From: Octopus vulgaris
Lineage: Eukaryota
Assembly (NCBI GenBank): GCA_951406725.2
Contig: OX597822.1
Location: forward strand, 2,356,001 to 2,420,000
Direction: 5' to 3'
Length of the DNA stretch: 64,000 bases
This document shows, one piece after another, positions 39,563 through 53,660 of the stretch. Under the pieces are notes generated by a model. That model had not been told where the DNA came from. It saw only the letters and a program-made list of their open reading frames with translations, and did no database searches. The first letter of the stretch is position 1, and the number at the start of each line of letters is the position of its first letter. The translations under genes and the position numbers were made by a program.

Positions 39563-39869
39563 ATAGTAAAAAACGTCGGAAAAATTGTTTTACGGTCTTT
39601 GTTCTGGCTTTTTACATCCCACTCCAAATCTCACTCCAATAAATAACTGCCTAGATATTTGTTCAAAAGGACATTTTATGGTGAATTTATTTGACAGTAA
39701 GTATATTGAATAACTATCAAAAATGTTATATATTGTCGATGGTAGGACTATTACTGTTGCTGTAGATGTCACTCTTATTGTACTTTCTGTTTTAAATTCC
39801 CAAGGGTCGTGCCTAAAGCATGGCCCCAAGGCCGTATTGGAAGATCTTATTTGATTCACACCTCACTCC

Positions 39870-40330
39870 GCAATATGAGATCATATGTATGTCGTGCAAA
39901 ATCCAGGGCTGCATAAGTATTGCTGACATCCGGGATACACTTGGCAAACTTCTCCATTCGCTTCTTCACGAGTGTTAGTGCTCCAAAGGTCACTTGTATT
40001 ATTTCGGTTTCATATTCTAAACCCTACTGATTTTGATTCCTAGGTTTTGGGAATCTGTCAGCAGGAGGTGTTCCGTTTGCAACGTGGATAACTATACACC
40101 TCTTTTTTCTTATTGTCCTTCATTGTTTTTGTAACAATGTCAGGCTTGTTAGCTTTTATCTCACTCTCAGTGTGAATGAACATACACCAGAAACGGATGA
40201 CATCATTGTTATCAGTGACTTCGTTTAATCGATATTCATACCATTTCTTAATTGTCCTCATTATATAACTCCTCATATTTTTCAATCTAGGTATACTACT
40301 GCCTTGTTTTCTCAATGAATGCACCTATTC
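39870..40330 (-). pseudogene. Decayed R4/Dong-like (restriction-like endonuclease) LINE C-terminal fragment
   Basis: KKWYEY..NEVTDNNDVIRFW..IHTESEIKANKPDIV (R/KPD motif) followed by VTFGAL. Confidence 0.65.
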
Positions 40331-40649
40331 TTGGCTAGATGTAGAGATAAGCGACCAACATGAATAGCAGCACTACTTATAATCACCATCAACATCAACT
40401 CCCTCACACCGATGACACCACCACCATAATCATAATACCACCCACCAACGACCGATATTACCAACCATCATTCCCGAAACGACCCTAATCTCAACACCAT
40501 CAACATCACCACCAGTACCACTCCAGTCTCTCCATCGGGGCCATCACCACTACCACCAGCATCACTTTTATAGAGGAGACATCGAGAACAAATTACATTA
40601 TCTTTGACACCTTATCGCATGATGGATGTATGCAGTTGATATATTTTGA

Positions 40650-41094
40650 TTTTAAATATTTGCACAAAACCAGCAAAGTTGAAGCGGGGTTAAGTCGATT
40701 GTATTAACCCCAGGGCGCAACTGGTGCTTATTTTATTGACACCCTAGAAGGGATGAAAAAGAAAGTTAACTTGGGCTGTATTTGAAACTCTGGATACAGA
40801 GACGGACGAAATGCTGCTAAGCATTTTATCCGGCATGTTAATGATTCTGCCAGTCTGCCGTTCTTGGACAATTGATATATTTCTTTCAAATTTTGGCACA
40901 AGGCCAACAAATGCGGGGGGGGGGGGAGTTAAGTCGATTACATCGCCCCCTATGTTCAATTAGTAGTTATTTTATCGACCCCGAAAGGAAGGAAGTTGAC
41001 CTCGGTGGCATTTGAACTCAGAACGTAAGAACGGACGAAATGTCCCCTAAACATTTTGTCCTGCGTGCTAACGATTCGGCTACTTCGCCGCCTT
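40650..41094 (-). mobile_element. Two tandem SINE family M copies
   Basis: TAAGTCGATT...ACGGACGAAATG... occurs twice; second ends in CGCCGCCTT. Confidence 0.85.
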
Positions 41095-42299
41095 GTGCAG
41101 TTGATAAATCAAAAGAGTTTACGTTTGGCACTTTCGGGAGAACAGAGATCGTTTAGGTAGCGGTTGAATGAATAATTGAAGGACAGTGTCTAAATGCTTG
41201 ATATTTGTACACACAACGTTGATGAATGGAAGTTTGTCAATCAGGCGAGTGCCATACTTTTCAAGCGTGTCCCAGAATATTATCGTTTTCTCCTGGCAGC
41301 ATCCTACTAAATATAATAGCCGCAACTAATGATAACATGGAACCGATTGCCAATTGCTTAGCTTGCAAACAGTAGCAGCCTTGTTCATCATTCTCTCGTT
41401 ATCTGTATTGGGCCCAGCATTTCGGGTCACACATCAAATACTTCTTGTTAGAATATCGGTTTTCTGGAATTGCAAATCCTTCCTCCAGACAGAATATAAA
41501 CAGTAAAAAAAGAAAATATTATTATATATATATATATTGTACTATACAAGCTAATTCCTAAAAATGTTATATGTCCAAGTTAACCACTAAAGTATAAAGT
41601 TAATAAGCATTTAATCTTTTACTTTCTTAATTTGTTTTTATGATTCATATCCTGAAAAGCTTTCTATATTTAGTGCTAATATTTCCATCGAAGCAACCTG
41701 ATACGTTCGGTGGATATACATTTCAGAAAAACGATTGAAAATGGAAAAGGAAATTAGAAAAACACTTTATAGACAATATGTGAGACAATCCTAAGTCTAT
41801 CTATGTAGGAATATTGCGACTTACATATATGAATGCAAATACATTACTACCTACACAAGTTAGTTTTAATGGTGCTAACAAAAATCTTTAGGAAAGCAGT
41901 TATATGGTCGAGAATGGTTAGCCGCTATTTTCCTGTTATAGGATATTGCCAATGGTGTCGATTTCCGGTAATAACCGGATGCAGTGAAGAAAGTGTTAAT
42001 ATCTAACAGACTATTTTTACATGCTTCTTATTTCTGCCTCGTCTATTGACTGGTTTTCGTATTTTATAATCAATCGTTTCAAAATAGCTTTTACACGGAA
42101 TTTAAAGCACAAGAAACGGTACTTTACTTATTTATAACATTTCTTAATTTTCTAGTTATTTCAATGAGTTTGGTAATAAAATTTCAAATAAAAATTGTAG
42201 AAAAGTTACTTACTTTAGGAAATACATAAAATTTTAAAAGCAAAAGTGCAGTCCAAAGATATCGATTATTTTTAGTGTTATTTTAAAAAGTTCGTATGG

Positions 42300-42612
42300 T
42301 CAATAAGGGGAGTCTACGTAGATGACCGTCAAAGGCTCTTCCATAATCTGAGAGTATTCTTCTTGTGTTTTTGCAAGTATGATGCTTGCCAGAGAAACAT
42401 TTGTACGGACGGGGTTCCAGAGACTGAAAGTTCTAGGTAGAAAGCAGTGGAGGCCATGGTTAGAGTGGATCCTGAAGTTGGGTGCAATATGAACGTTGGC
42501 AGCAGGGAAGAGACGAGTGAGTCGAGACCACCAGAGGGTAGATGGTATGATATCAATCAATAACAATAAGCCACGGACATTATAGTAGCAACAGAAGGTA
42601 AGAGAGGAAATC
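42300..42612 (-). pseudogene. Decayed CR1/L2-group LINE ORF2 3' end
   Basis: SLTFCCYYN...HCFLPRTFSLWN resembles the SFFPRTxxLWN terminal motif. Confidence 0.55.
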
Positions 42613-42698
42613 ATACATCAGAGGGCCAGAAGCTAAAGTACTATTTGAGTGACTTCATGAAATTCAGTTGACTAGCCTTTGTTTTGTTGTGGCCTATG

Positions 42699-42788
<90 letters not shown>

Positions 42789-42806
42789 TGTATGTATGTA
42801 TGTATG

Positions 42807-42880
<74 letters not shown>

Positions 42881-42884
<4 letters not shown>

Positions 42885-43072
42885 ATCCAAACATGAAAAC
42901 ACAAAGAGAAAACACAACAACGCGAAGACGTGGAACAAGTATAGCGTTATTGGACACTCAGGAAGGAAGGGAAGAAGGAGGGTTTAACGTTTCGAGGAAA
43001 AGGAAAGATCCAAAGAAGGGAAGACGGAGGAAAAAAAAGTCGCCAACGGTACACATGCGGTCACATTTTGAA
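42881..43072. mobile_element. (TA)n-inserted ~190-bp element (Penelope pseudo-LTR-like, HHR partly deleted)
   Basis: Bounded by TA runs on both sides; minus strand retains CTCGAAACGTTAAAC. Confidence 0.5.
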
Positions 43073-43097
43073 TATATATATATATATATATATAAAT

Positions 43098-44014
43098 ATT
43101 TTCACAGCTAATGTCCTATTTCACTCCCAGCATTTAACAAGTGATGGAAATCATTATTAACAGCAACCCTATCCAATATCTTGACGGTATTTTCGTTTTA
43201 AAGCTACGTGTGCGGCTTTTTTAAAGTTAGATCAATTGGAGATCTCTCTTACACTGGTCAAGAATGAACTCTCACCTTAGTGAAATTTGATGGAAATAGT
43301 TTTGTTGCATTGAGAAGCAATTAACTTTCGACTGTGTCCGGCACGAGAACCTACTTGCTCTTCATGGTATGGTGATAAGGAGTGATAATGCTTTTCTTAG
43401 CATGCACAGTCATCTATCTATACCCAAGGAAAAATTTTGACATGTCTCTTTTAAAGGGGTATTTCGAGCCCATACATTCGGGAAGTGAGCAGAGATTTCG
43501 ATAACGGATGCTGGTTGAGTGTGCGAAAATGGAAAGGAATAAAATGTTATGTAGTGGTTCAATTTGCTAAAGGTGATGGAAAGTAAGACTTTGATAAGAG
43601 GAAAGGTGTTAGGAACAAAACAGAAGAGGAGTCTTGAAAGAAGGTAAGTTGTGGGGTGAGCTACATTAGTCTACGCCGCGACTCTACGATTTCTCACGCA
43701 GTCAACGGTTTTAAGCTCTGCAGACAAATGCATGCAATCGAAAAATTATTTTCAGAGTAGGTTCTCGTGCCGGACACAGTCGAAAAGTTAATTGCTTCTC
43801 AATGCAACAAAACTATTTCCATCAAATTTCACTAAGGTGAGAGTTCATTCTTGACCAGTGTAAGAGAGATCTCCAATTGATCTGACTTTAAAAAAGCCGC
43901 ACACGTAGCTTTAAAACGAAAATACCGTCAAGATATTGGATAGGGTTGCTGTTAATAATGATTTCCATCACTTGTTAAATGCTGGGAGTGAAATAGGACA
44001 TTATCTGTTAAAAT
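43098..44014. mobile_element. Element with ~255-bp near-identical inverted arms and a ~400-bp spacer
   Basis: 43098-43355 is the reverse complement of 43757-44014 with about 4 differences; left end abuts (TA)n. Confidence 0.9.
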
Positions 44015-46699
44015 CAGAGGTGTTCCCTTCTTTGGAATTGGACACTCTGCTAATAAAATATATTTCCAGTTGGACTTCGTTTCACTTTTTGATTACTTGG
44101 AACACTTTTACTGATAATTATCCTGCAACAAACTATTATGCAAAAAACAGAGGTCAGTTGCTTGTATTCTATCCGTAGCAGTGCGGTTTAGCTGTGCTTA
44201 CGATAGACAGTAACTACCGTTCATATTTCATTTGAGTCAACCAAGTTATAAAGTGTTATGCAGGAGGTGTCAAGCGCAATGCTCGAGGGTTGGATTCGGT
44301 CTCCGGTTCAATTTGTTGAGGGAATTCAGCTTAGACTGTTTGATCATGTTTCCTTCTTTGGGGATACAACTGGGGAGATAATTTGTGTTGGTCGGCCACA
44401 TGCTTGATGGTCACGATGGATGAGGAAGTATATTGCAGAGATGTGTAGCGCTGCTTGGAAGGTTGCTCGGAACGACCCGAGCAGATAACGACAAATGCTC
44501 CCATAAATGATCTGACCTGTAAAATATATATCACTAACTTGTAAAATGTATATCGATAAACCTTGAATCCCATTAATCAATAAAATGCATCTTCGGAAAA
44601 CTTTTATCTCAGCCAAAGTAAAAGAAGTTCGTGAATCCATTTACTATAACGGTGTGAATTATTTCTCCTTCACTTTGTCAGAACAGACCGAGTTAAAATA
44701 GAAGTTTCTGTATTCTTGTACTATCATATCAAGTTTATACACTTGCTCATCCAAATGGATTCTAGTGATATGAAATATATTGAAAGTTTCTGTAGGTGAA
44801 ACAGTGCAATTTTTCTATCAAACATTAGTCTTTTCAAGAATATTATTCATTCATTTGGACAAATTCTATCACTGTTTTAATATAAGGACTCTTAGCAGGA
44901 CTGTATATCAGGTGGATGAGTATTTTCCATACATTTCTGCACACAAACATTGATAAACTTCATTTCCTTTCCTTTCTTTGTTGTCATATATTGAATTCTA
45001 TATTTATTTACTTCGGCAAAATCATAAAAAGAGTTTCTAGGAATACTTGTCTCCATTTGGTCCGCCAGATCTAGTGTCTGCAAAGCGAAACGACTTTGGT
45101 ATTCGGTACTATTTAGTTGAAGAAATATCGCCACTGAAGGCAGAAATAATACTGTAAAATCAACGGCGGCTTTTAAAACATGCAATACTGAATTCAGTGT
45201 TTATTTTTAATGATTATTTGTGGTGGGGATTATTACTTGGGGAGAGAGGTAGGTTCAGCAGAATTGACATTCATTCAATATAGTGGAATACGAATTCTGT
45301 GGTCCCCAACCAGACAGGGTGTTACGAATGATTTGTCAGAATATGTTCTAATACGAAAAAGGTAATTTTTTTTTTAAACTGAAAAAAAAAAGAAGAAAAG
45401 AAAATAGACAAAATTTGAAAAAAGAAATACAAAATAGTAATCGTTCCTTTTTAGTTTGTCTGTTAAGTCATTTGACGATAAATTCTATAGAAAGAGTTGA
45501 TATTTCTGAAGAAATCAAGATTCAATATTTAGCTTTATACTCTTACAAAGGAAAAGAAATTTTCGTAGTGATAAATCAACAAATTTCTTGTTAACTGAGA
45601 AATATTCGCAAAGAAAATCGATTTATTCTGCTTAGAAACAAGCATTGAAGATTTATTATTGATTTGCTGAGTATGTCTGTTATGATGCTATTCTCTCTCC
45701 ATTTCTTTCTCTCCCTCCCTCTCTCTCCCCTTTCTCTCGCTCGCTTTCTTTGTCTGTGGCCACTCACAGAAAAGAACTGCGTATAAGACAATGCCAGAAA
45801 AAATTACATAGAATCGATGTTGCAGTTTAATGTTTGTTTTCATTTTTCGACGTGGAATCTGTGCATGACATTGTCGGACGTTCTATAGAAAATAGACAAG
45901 TTGAATACTATTAAAATTGAATTTCATTAAAGAATATGGATTAATTGAAGAAATGTATTGCAATTTAATCAGTTAGAGTAATAATGATAACCTTACAGCT
46001 CTGACCTCTAATATAATTATCTAACTATAATTATTTGGTCTGTGCTACAGCCAAACATTACTAATTAGCCAGACTTTCAAATATTTTCATCTGAATTACT
46101 TAAATTTAACACAAACCACAACTATCTTCCGGTAGCTATAACAGATGTTTAGTAACGTTAAGTGGCAGAGACAGAAATATTTCTATGAATAAAGGTGACT
46201 ATGAATGGTATGAAAGTTTCTCAATTCAGGAATTGAATGCAAACTCGGCACTTTGGCACTTCTGTTATTAGTTTGTAAGCATATATGAATGGAATGCGTA
46301 TATGTATGTATGTATGTATGTATGAATGTGTATGTATGTATGTATATATGTATGCATGCATGTATGAATGCATGTATATATGCATGCATGTATGAATGTA
46401 TGCATGAATGTATGTATGTATGTATGTATGTATGTATGTATGTATGTATATATGTTTGTATGTATTTAATATAAATAGCCAGGCCCAATGTGATACCATA
46501 AAGGAAATAGTCAATCGTCACTAAGAGTGACTAAATATGTCGAAGCACCTACATTGCTAGAAATAATAGTTAAAATACTCTTAAAGAGGAGCGCACATGT
46601 ATATACACATGCTGACAGGGAAGGCAACCGCCCCATGACCGACTCGAGAATCTCCTTACTAGATCGAGTTTCGCCTCTACTGTAAGCATATATCTGTGT

Positions 46700-47112
46700 C
46701 TCTTATCCTTTTCTTGTACAGGTTTGAGTCATTAGATTGCGACCATACTGTGGTACCGCGTTCAAGTGTTTCAGTGCGAATCACTACCCGTGCTTACATT
46801 TTTCTTTAATGTCCGATACTTATTCGATATCTTATTTTGAACCGTTTGGTTATGGAGACTAACACTAGTTGTCAAGTGTTGGGTGCGAGAGAGAGATATA
46901 CACAAGCGCAACGACACACGGTCACACACACACACACACACACACACATAAATATATCCAACAGGTTTCTTTCAGTTTCCATCCACAAGTTACATTTATA
47001 ATGCTTTAATGGCTCCTGGATTATAGTGAAAGATAAGCGCCCAAGGTCCCATGCAGTTAGACTGATGTCGAAACCGTGAGGTTAAGAAGCGGGCTTCTTA
47101 CTACAGAGCCAT
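46700..47112 (-). mobile_element. SINE family A, old diverged copy
   Basis: TTCTTTCAGTTTCC...CCCAAGGTCCCATGCAGT...; internal (CA)n. Confidence 0.7.
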
Positions 47113-47833
47113 ATCTGAGAGAGAAAAAGGTGAGGGGTAGATTGTAGCACAACTCACCGTGAATCGGAAATGTAGAAATAAATTTAAATATCACAAAGCC
47201 TTACCTTTGAAAAGGAACTGTAGCGATGTAAGAACGTTCCTTCTATACTTTCGATGTGCAAGAAAAGAAGTGTGTAGTCTTTCGACGGACAGATTAAGGG
47301 TTGTTGGTCACTGCTCAGAGCATATATGTCTAACGTCTTCCTCAATCGATGGCATAAAGCATTCATCTTGAAAATACTCGATTCAATGTGAGATAATTAT
47401 TTAATGTACACTGTACCTCCCTAACCGCTTGTCTCATTGCTGAGACTAGAATTTGTAGCTCTTTTTTCACAACAGGGTATGTTAAATGGTATTAATGAAC
47501 ATATATATCAAATATATATGTATTGTTACAACATGGAAGTACATCTTCTGATCTCTGTTTAAAATGGAGTGATTAATTAAGCTGTTGCGAGGCAAAGATG
47601 ACACAGGAAGCAAATCGTCTGCATCATAAACTCTTATTACGACGTAACAAGTACAGCCAAGAGATGACCAAGGAGCCAGGTTTCTCGAATCGGCATCAAT
47701 TATTTTCTATCCCCAATTCACTACCAAATGTCCGTATATTTCTGTTGGAAATAAACAATCGTAAGTTGTTGGTTTCTTTGCAAAAGCATGCATGTCATAA
47801 CATTACAAGTCGCTTGTCTCCGAGAATTTTTAA

Positions 47834-48052
47834 CCCTTTCGCATTCGGATTATTCCGTCAAATGTAACACTTTTTCATTCAAATTGTTTTTAATTAATCC
47901 TGCATTGTTTTGCAGCGCTGAAATTTTGATGATGTGACTGTATATTTTATAATGGCATTGAAGAGTAGGTATGATAGGCTTGATCTGGATGGTTAGAACA
48001 TAAAACAGGAGGTATATTTAGGCCGGATATGGCCAGTTTAAATGCTAAAGGG
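47834..48052. mobile_element. piggyBac-type MITE (TTAA TSD, CCCTTT termini)
   Basis: TTAA-CCCTTTCGCATT ... AATGCTAAAGGG-TTAA. Confidence 0.85.
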
Positions 48053-48925
48053 TTAAAGAATGATTGCGAATAAGATTTTGCCTGGCAGACTGAACTCGTC
48101 GTCCGGTTTGGCCTCACCGCCTGATCCTCGGATACATTTAGTAGACTCAATTCTTCTGAAACATCGAGGCCAGGTTTCCTGTGTGAGGATACCTTCCTCC
48201 CTCGCACTACTCTCTATGGTCTTGTAAGGAGTTATGAGCACTCTCTTCCCTCTTCACCAAAATATGGGGAAAAACCGAACCACAAACGAAGATAATATCC
48301 TTACAGTTACTTACGAACCTTATATAAACATTCAGCGTGTCAGGGCTGCGTTCTAGTTTTCATTCATAAGCGAAACGATTTCAACTCACTGACGCCAATA
48401 CTTTAACAAACGCCACAAATTTTGCCCTCTGTTAAACTAAATTAGAAGGCTGTTATGTTATCCAAAGAGATTCCAGTATACGGCATTGTAATGAGTTGGT
48501 GCCTTCGAGCAGTTCTTACACAATAAAGGCCTACAGTAATAACGGCTTTTGAGTTTTTCGTGGTTGTTCAAAACATTTCCTTGCGATTTCAATCGATAAG
48601 AAATCATGGGATAGTTTAAAATTGAATAACATAATGTGTACTAACATATTAACATAGCATTAATTAATCAATATTTTATGATGCAACGTTGCAGTATTAT
48701 CTAAGAATATATTTATAACCATAAGACACATGCAGAAAATATATAACGCATTATACGATTTAGTTGCGTCCTCAAATTCTACCGACTTGGTTTCCACATA
48801 CATACATACATACATACATACATACATACATACATACATACATACATACATACGTATATACTTACATACATACATACATGCATACATACATACAAATATA
48901 CATACTTACATACAAACATACATAC

Positions 48926-48956
<31 letters not shown>

Positions 48957-49041
48957 CATACTTACATACATACTTACATACAAACATACATACTTATATA
49001 CAAACATACATACATACATATGTATGCTATATATGTATATA

Positions 49042-49102
<61 letters not shown>

Positions 49103-49367
49103 GTATGTATGTATGCATTTGTGTGCGTATATATATATATATTTAATTTTATTAGTTAGGGAATAAAGATTCCAGCATAACAAGGGTTCAAATTATTCTC
49201 AATGAGAAAATATATATTTTCATTTAGAGATAGTAGGCCCCTTCACCTCACCATTTAAAAGAAATTCAATTTAAATACTTACTACCTGATAACTTGGCTA
49301 CACGTGTTTCATATATAGATATATATATATACATATGTATACATACATACATACGTGTGTGTGTGTG

Positions 49368-49409
<42 letters not shown>

Positions 49410-49923
49410 CACACACACGTATGTATATATGTATATATGCATGATGTATATATACATATGTATATATATATATTCGAGGCTCCGATGAAGCTATAAGGTG
49501 TTATGCAGGTACTCAGACAGAAGTACCCGCATCTTACTGCAGAAACAACAGTAAACTAATGGAAGTTGATAATTTATTCCTTTGTCATCTCATTTTCTTA
49601 TATACGTATATATAAATATGCGTGTGTGTGTGTGTGTGTGTGTGCGTGTGTGTGTGTGTACGTGTGTGTGTGTGTATAGCTTACGGCCAATTCACATTGA
49701 ATGCACCGGTTCGCCTTCGATCACTAGAGTTAGCAACGTTGGGCCTAGTTAGCAGTACCTATAATTCCGACTGCTTGGAAACCTAGTTACTATAACGTCT
49801 CCCTTTGGTGATAAACCTGGTGGTACCCTACCATGGCCACAACCTTGTCGCTGAAACACATAAAAGTATAAAAGGAAATGTAAAAAGATACAAGAATATA
49901 TATATATATATATATGTTTGCTG

Positions 49924-50235
49924 GGACCCCCTTCAGCCATGACAGATCATGGGATTGCACCTAGAAAGTTACCCTCCCAGGCACAAGTCCGGGCAAGGTA
50001 GTTTATGGAAGACCAGCAGTCGCCCATGCATACCGGCCTCCCGTCTCCACGCCACTGATGTTATCCAAGGGAAAGGCAACAGCAGATACAGCTTGGCACC
50101 TGTGACGTCGCAACTCATTTCTACAGCTGAGTGAACTGGAGCAACGTGAAATAAAGTGTCTTTTTCAAGTACACAACACGCAGCCCAGTCCGGGATTCGA
50201 ACTCACAAAATCACCATCGTAAGCTCGACGCTCTA
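49924..50235 (-). mobile_element. SINE family B, full length
   Basis: Reverse complement of 34430-34770. Confidence 0.9.
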
Positions 50236-50411
50236 ACCACTGAGCCATGCGCTTTAACATGTATGTGCGCGTGTGTGTGTGTGTTGGATATTTTCGGTTT
50301 TGATTAATGTGCGTCGTGCTTTCTATCAAGGGAAAAGCATATCCATAGAATTCGCACAGAAAGTGACTACGTATTCTAAAGATAAGTCGATAGCTTATAT
50401 TTTTTCTTATT

Positions 50412-50922
50412 ATGACCCTCTGCGGTCATGAATGACCATGAGATTGCACCTAGAAAGTTTCCCTCCGAGGCACAAGTCCGGGCAAGGTTGTTTATGGAAG
50501 ACCAGCAGTCGTCCACGCATACCAGCCTCCCCTCTCCACGCCACCGATAATATCCAAGGGAAAGGCAAAGGGGCCGATACAGCTAGGCACCTGTGACATC
50601 GCAGCTCATCTATTAACGTGCAAGTGGCTGAGCACTCCACAGACATGTGTACCCTTAACGTAGTTCTCGGGGAGATTCAGCGTGACACAGAGTGTGACAA
50701 GGCTGGCCCTTCGAAATACAGGTACAACAGAAACAGGAAGAAAGAGTGAGAGAAAGTTGTGGTGGAAGAGTACAGCAATGTTCACCACCACCCCCTGCCG
50801 GAGCCTCGTGGAACTTTGGGTGTTTTCGCTCAATAAACACTCACAATGCCCGGTCTGGGAATCGAAACCGGGATCCAACGACCGCGATTCCGCTGCTCTA
50901 GCCACTAGGCCATTGCGCCTCC
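50412..50922 (-). mobile_element. Composite SINE: family R head with alternative tail (50612-50922) fused to the family B 3' half (50412-50610)
   Basis: GGAGGCGCAATGGCC head on the minus strand; 50412-50610 matches 49924-50125. Confidence 0.85.
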
Positions 50923-51195
50923 GATAGCTTATATTACTTCATTTGAATTAGTATGACACAAAAGTGACAAAGCCATATCCTCGAATTACAGGTGCATTCT
51001 ATGTAACAGGTTGTGAGTTTCTATTTTCACTCGTAAGGATTCATCGATTGAAACGTATTGCAGAGGCCCTTATCCAAGTGGGCATGCAGTTGGACCTAAG
51101 CTGACTGCTCGGGACAGCTGCGAGGCAAACTTCTCAATAATTTACTCATACGTTCGACCATATCTGTATATGCACACACACTACCACACGCATAC

Positions 51196-51245
<50 letters not shown>

Positions 51246-51651
51246 GCACACACGTGTATATATATATATATATACACATGACTATATATGTGCATATATG
51301 TATAATTACACACACTCACACACGCATAATATTATATATATATTTATATACGCATGCACATTTTTATATATATACATTTATATCTGCATATATAAATACA
51401 TATATATATATATACGCATGCCACCTACATACACTCACAGACGAACAGACACACACACACAAATCACACAATGGCGAACCCGCATACAATATAAAGAATA
51501 CAAAATCACCTATGTAATTCCTTATACACACATATACACACTCATACATACATACATACATGAATACATACATACATACATGAATACATACATACATAAA
51601 TACATACATGTTTACATATACATACACACACATATACATGCGTACATGCAA

Positions 51652-51682
<31 letters not shown>

Positions 51683-52020
51683 CATACATACATACATGCA
51701 TGCATACATACATACATACACACATACATTTATGTATGTGTGTGTGTAAACAAAAACAATGCATAATCACCCACACGAACACACGCATACAAACAAACAT
51801 GCAATCAGATTCGCAACAAAACTGCATCCCCAAAAGGTAAGAGGGAATCTAGAGATTGGAGAATTTTATTTCGTGAAATAATAGAAACCACAGACAACTA
51901 AGAATGGCTGTCGTCATTCAAATTGTAAAACTACCGCTTTGTAATGGTGAATGGATGAAAAACGATTAAAATATCGTGGATAGGGTTTCGTGGATGATAT
52001 TGCACAGTTTTATATTAACA

Positions 52021-52325
52021 GTGGAAGCGCAATGGCTCAGTGGTAAGGGCAGCGGACTCGCGGTTGTAGGATCGCGGTTTCGATTCCCAGACCGGGCGTT
52101 GTGAGTGTTTATTGTGCGAAAACACCTAAAAGCTCCACGAAACTCCGGCAGGTTGGTGGTGGCGATCCCTGCTGTACTCTTCCGCCACAAATTTCTCTCA
52201 CTCTTTCTTCTGTTGGCCTGCTCGCTTAGCCAGAAGGGTGAAGTCATTTGAAGGCTAAAACAATGCGAAGCGCATTGTGACCAGCGATGTGCAGCAACAT
52301 CTGATAACCTGGTCAGTCACGGTCA
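52021..52325 (+). mobile_element. SINE family R, full length
   Basis: TGGCTCAGTGG box A, GACTCGCGG anticodon-loop-like, GGTTTCGATTCC box B. Confidence 0.9.
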
Positions 52326-53125
52326 TATATTAACAAGTTAGTTGGTATGTGATTGTATCAACTAAAAACAATTATACATTTGATATGGTTGTATTATTAA
52401 GAGCTTCGCTTCGAAACTTCAGACTCGATTCCTATATGCGCCAGGAACCCGAAGAAAATGTCTTCTACTGTTGCTTTGGGTTGAGTAAAATTTGGTAGAA
52501 AGTAAATGTGTGGAACCCTGTTCTTGTGTAGTAGATATAATTCATCACCCGTTTTAATATCAATAACTAGTTCTTGGTTTCTCCTGTAGGGTCCACTCTG
52601 TTGCAAGCATTCTGACCAGGCTTCCAATGTGGTGCCAACTTCCTTCCTTCCTTCCTTCCTCCTTTCTTCACACCAGTCTTGGGGGTCCTAAATCAGTGTC
52701 CTGTGAGAGCTGCTGTTCAGTGATGTGACGAAATACAGCAATATTGTTTTGTGTGATAAGCAATAATGAAACTAGCTGACAATGCATCAAACTGGAAATA
52801 AATAAGATAAACGGGAAAAATTATCAGAACAAAGTATTAAAGAGGATTTACACATGAAGCGATAGCTTAACGAAATGTTTTATCTTCAACATGGAAGAAG
52901 TGAAGCCATGTTTCCAATATTAAATACACAAAAGACTGAGCCGTTGGAGTAATGAACAATCTATTGATAAGGTACGAGTTTTATTCCGATAGTCCTTCGT
53001 ACAAGAACAAAACAATGAATTACAACGCTCTAATGTTTATCATGGTTTTTTAATATGAAACTTTTATAAATAAAATGTGATTCAGAAATGCATACACAAT
53101 TTATAATTCTATTAATTTTAATTAT

Positions 53126-53289
53126 AGGCGCCGGCAAGGCTGTGTGGTAAGACGCTTGCTTTCCAACCAGATGGTTCCGGGTTCAGTCCTACTGCATGAC
53201 ATCTTCGGCAAGTCTCTTCTACTATAACCTCGGGCCGACCAAAGCATTGTGAGTGGATTTGGTTGGTGGAAACTGAAAGAAGTCCGTTG

Positions 53290-53339
<50 letters not shown>

Positions 53340-53660
53340 GTGAGGTAAAAGAGACCGATAGAATAAGTATAAAAGTAAGTATTGCGGTCAATGTACTCGA
53401 CTAAAACGCCAAGGCGGTGCCCCAACGTGGCCGCTGTCTAATGACTGAAGCGAATAAAAGAGTGTGTGTTGAGGAGGCAGCGAGTTGTTACTACGCCGGA
53501 CAATATACTTAGCGGCACATGTCTTCTGAGATCAAATGTCGCCGAGGTTTAATTCTTTCAGGGTTGATAAATTAAGCACCAGTTAAGCATGGGGTCGATG
53601 TAATGGATTAGAACCCCACGTTCAAAATTTCAGGTGTTGTTCCTCTATTAGAAAGGATTA
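53126..53660 (+). mobile_element. SINE family A (53126-53462) followed by SINE family M (53474-53660)
   Basis: Family-diagnostic motifs as in the other copies. Confidence 0.82.

Noticed and set aside
43878-43935. HHR-like ATCTGAC...GAAAATACCGTCAAGAT in the inverted arm
   Set aside because: No CUGANGA box and stems II/III do not close
52021-52095. tRNA-Arg-like gene
   Set aside because: It is the head of a multi-copy SINE and continues into SINE body sequence; the same applies to the other box A/B hits
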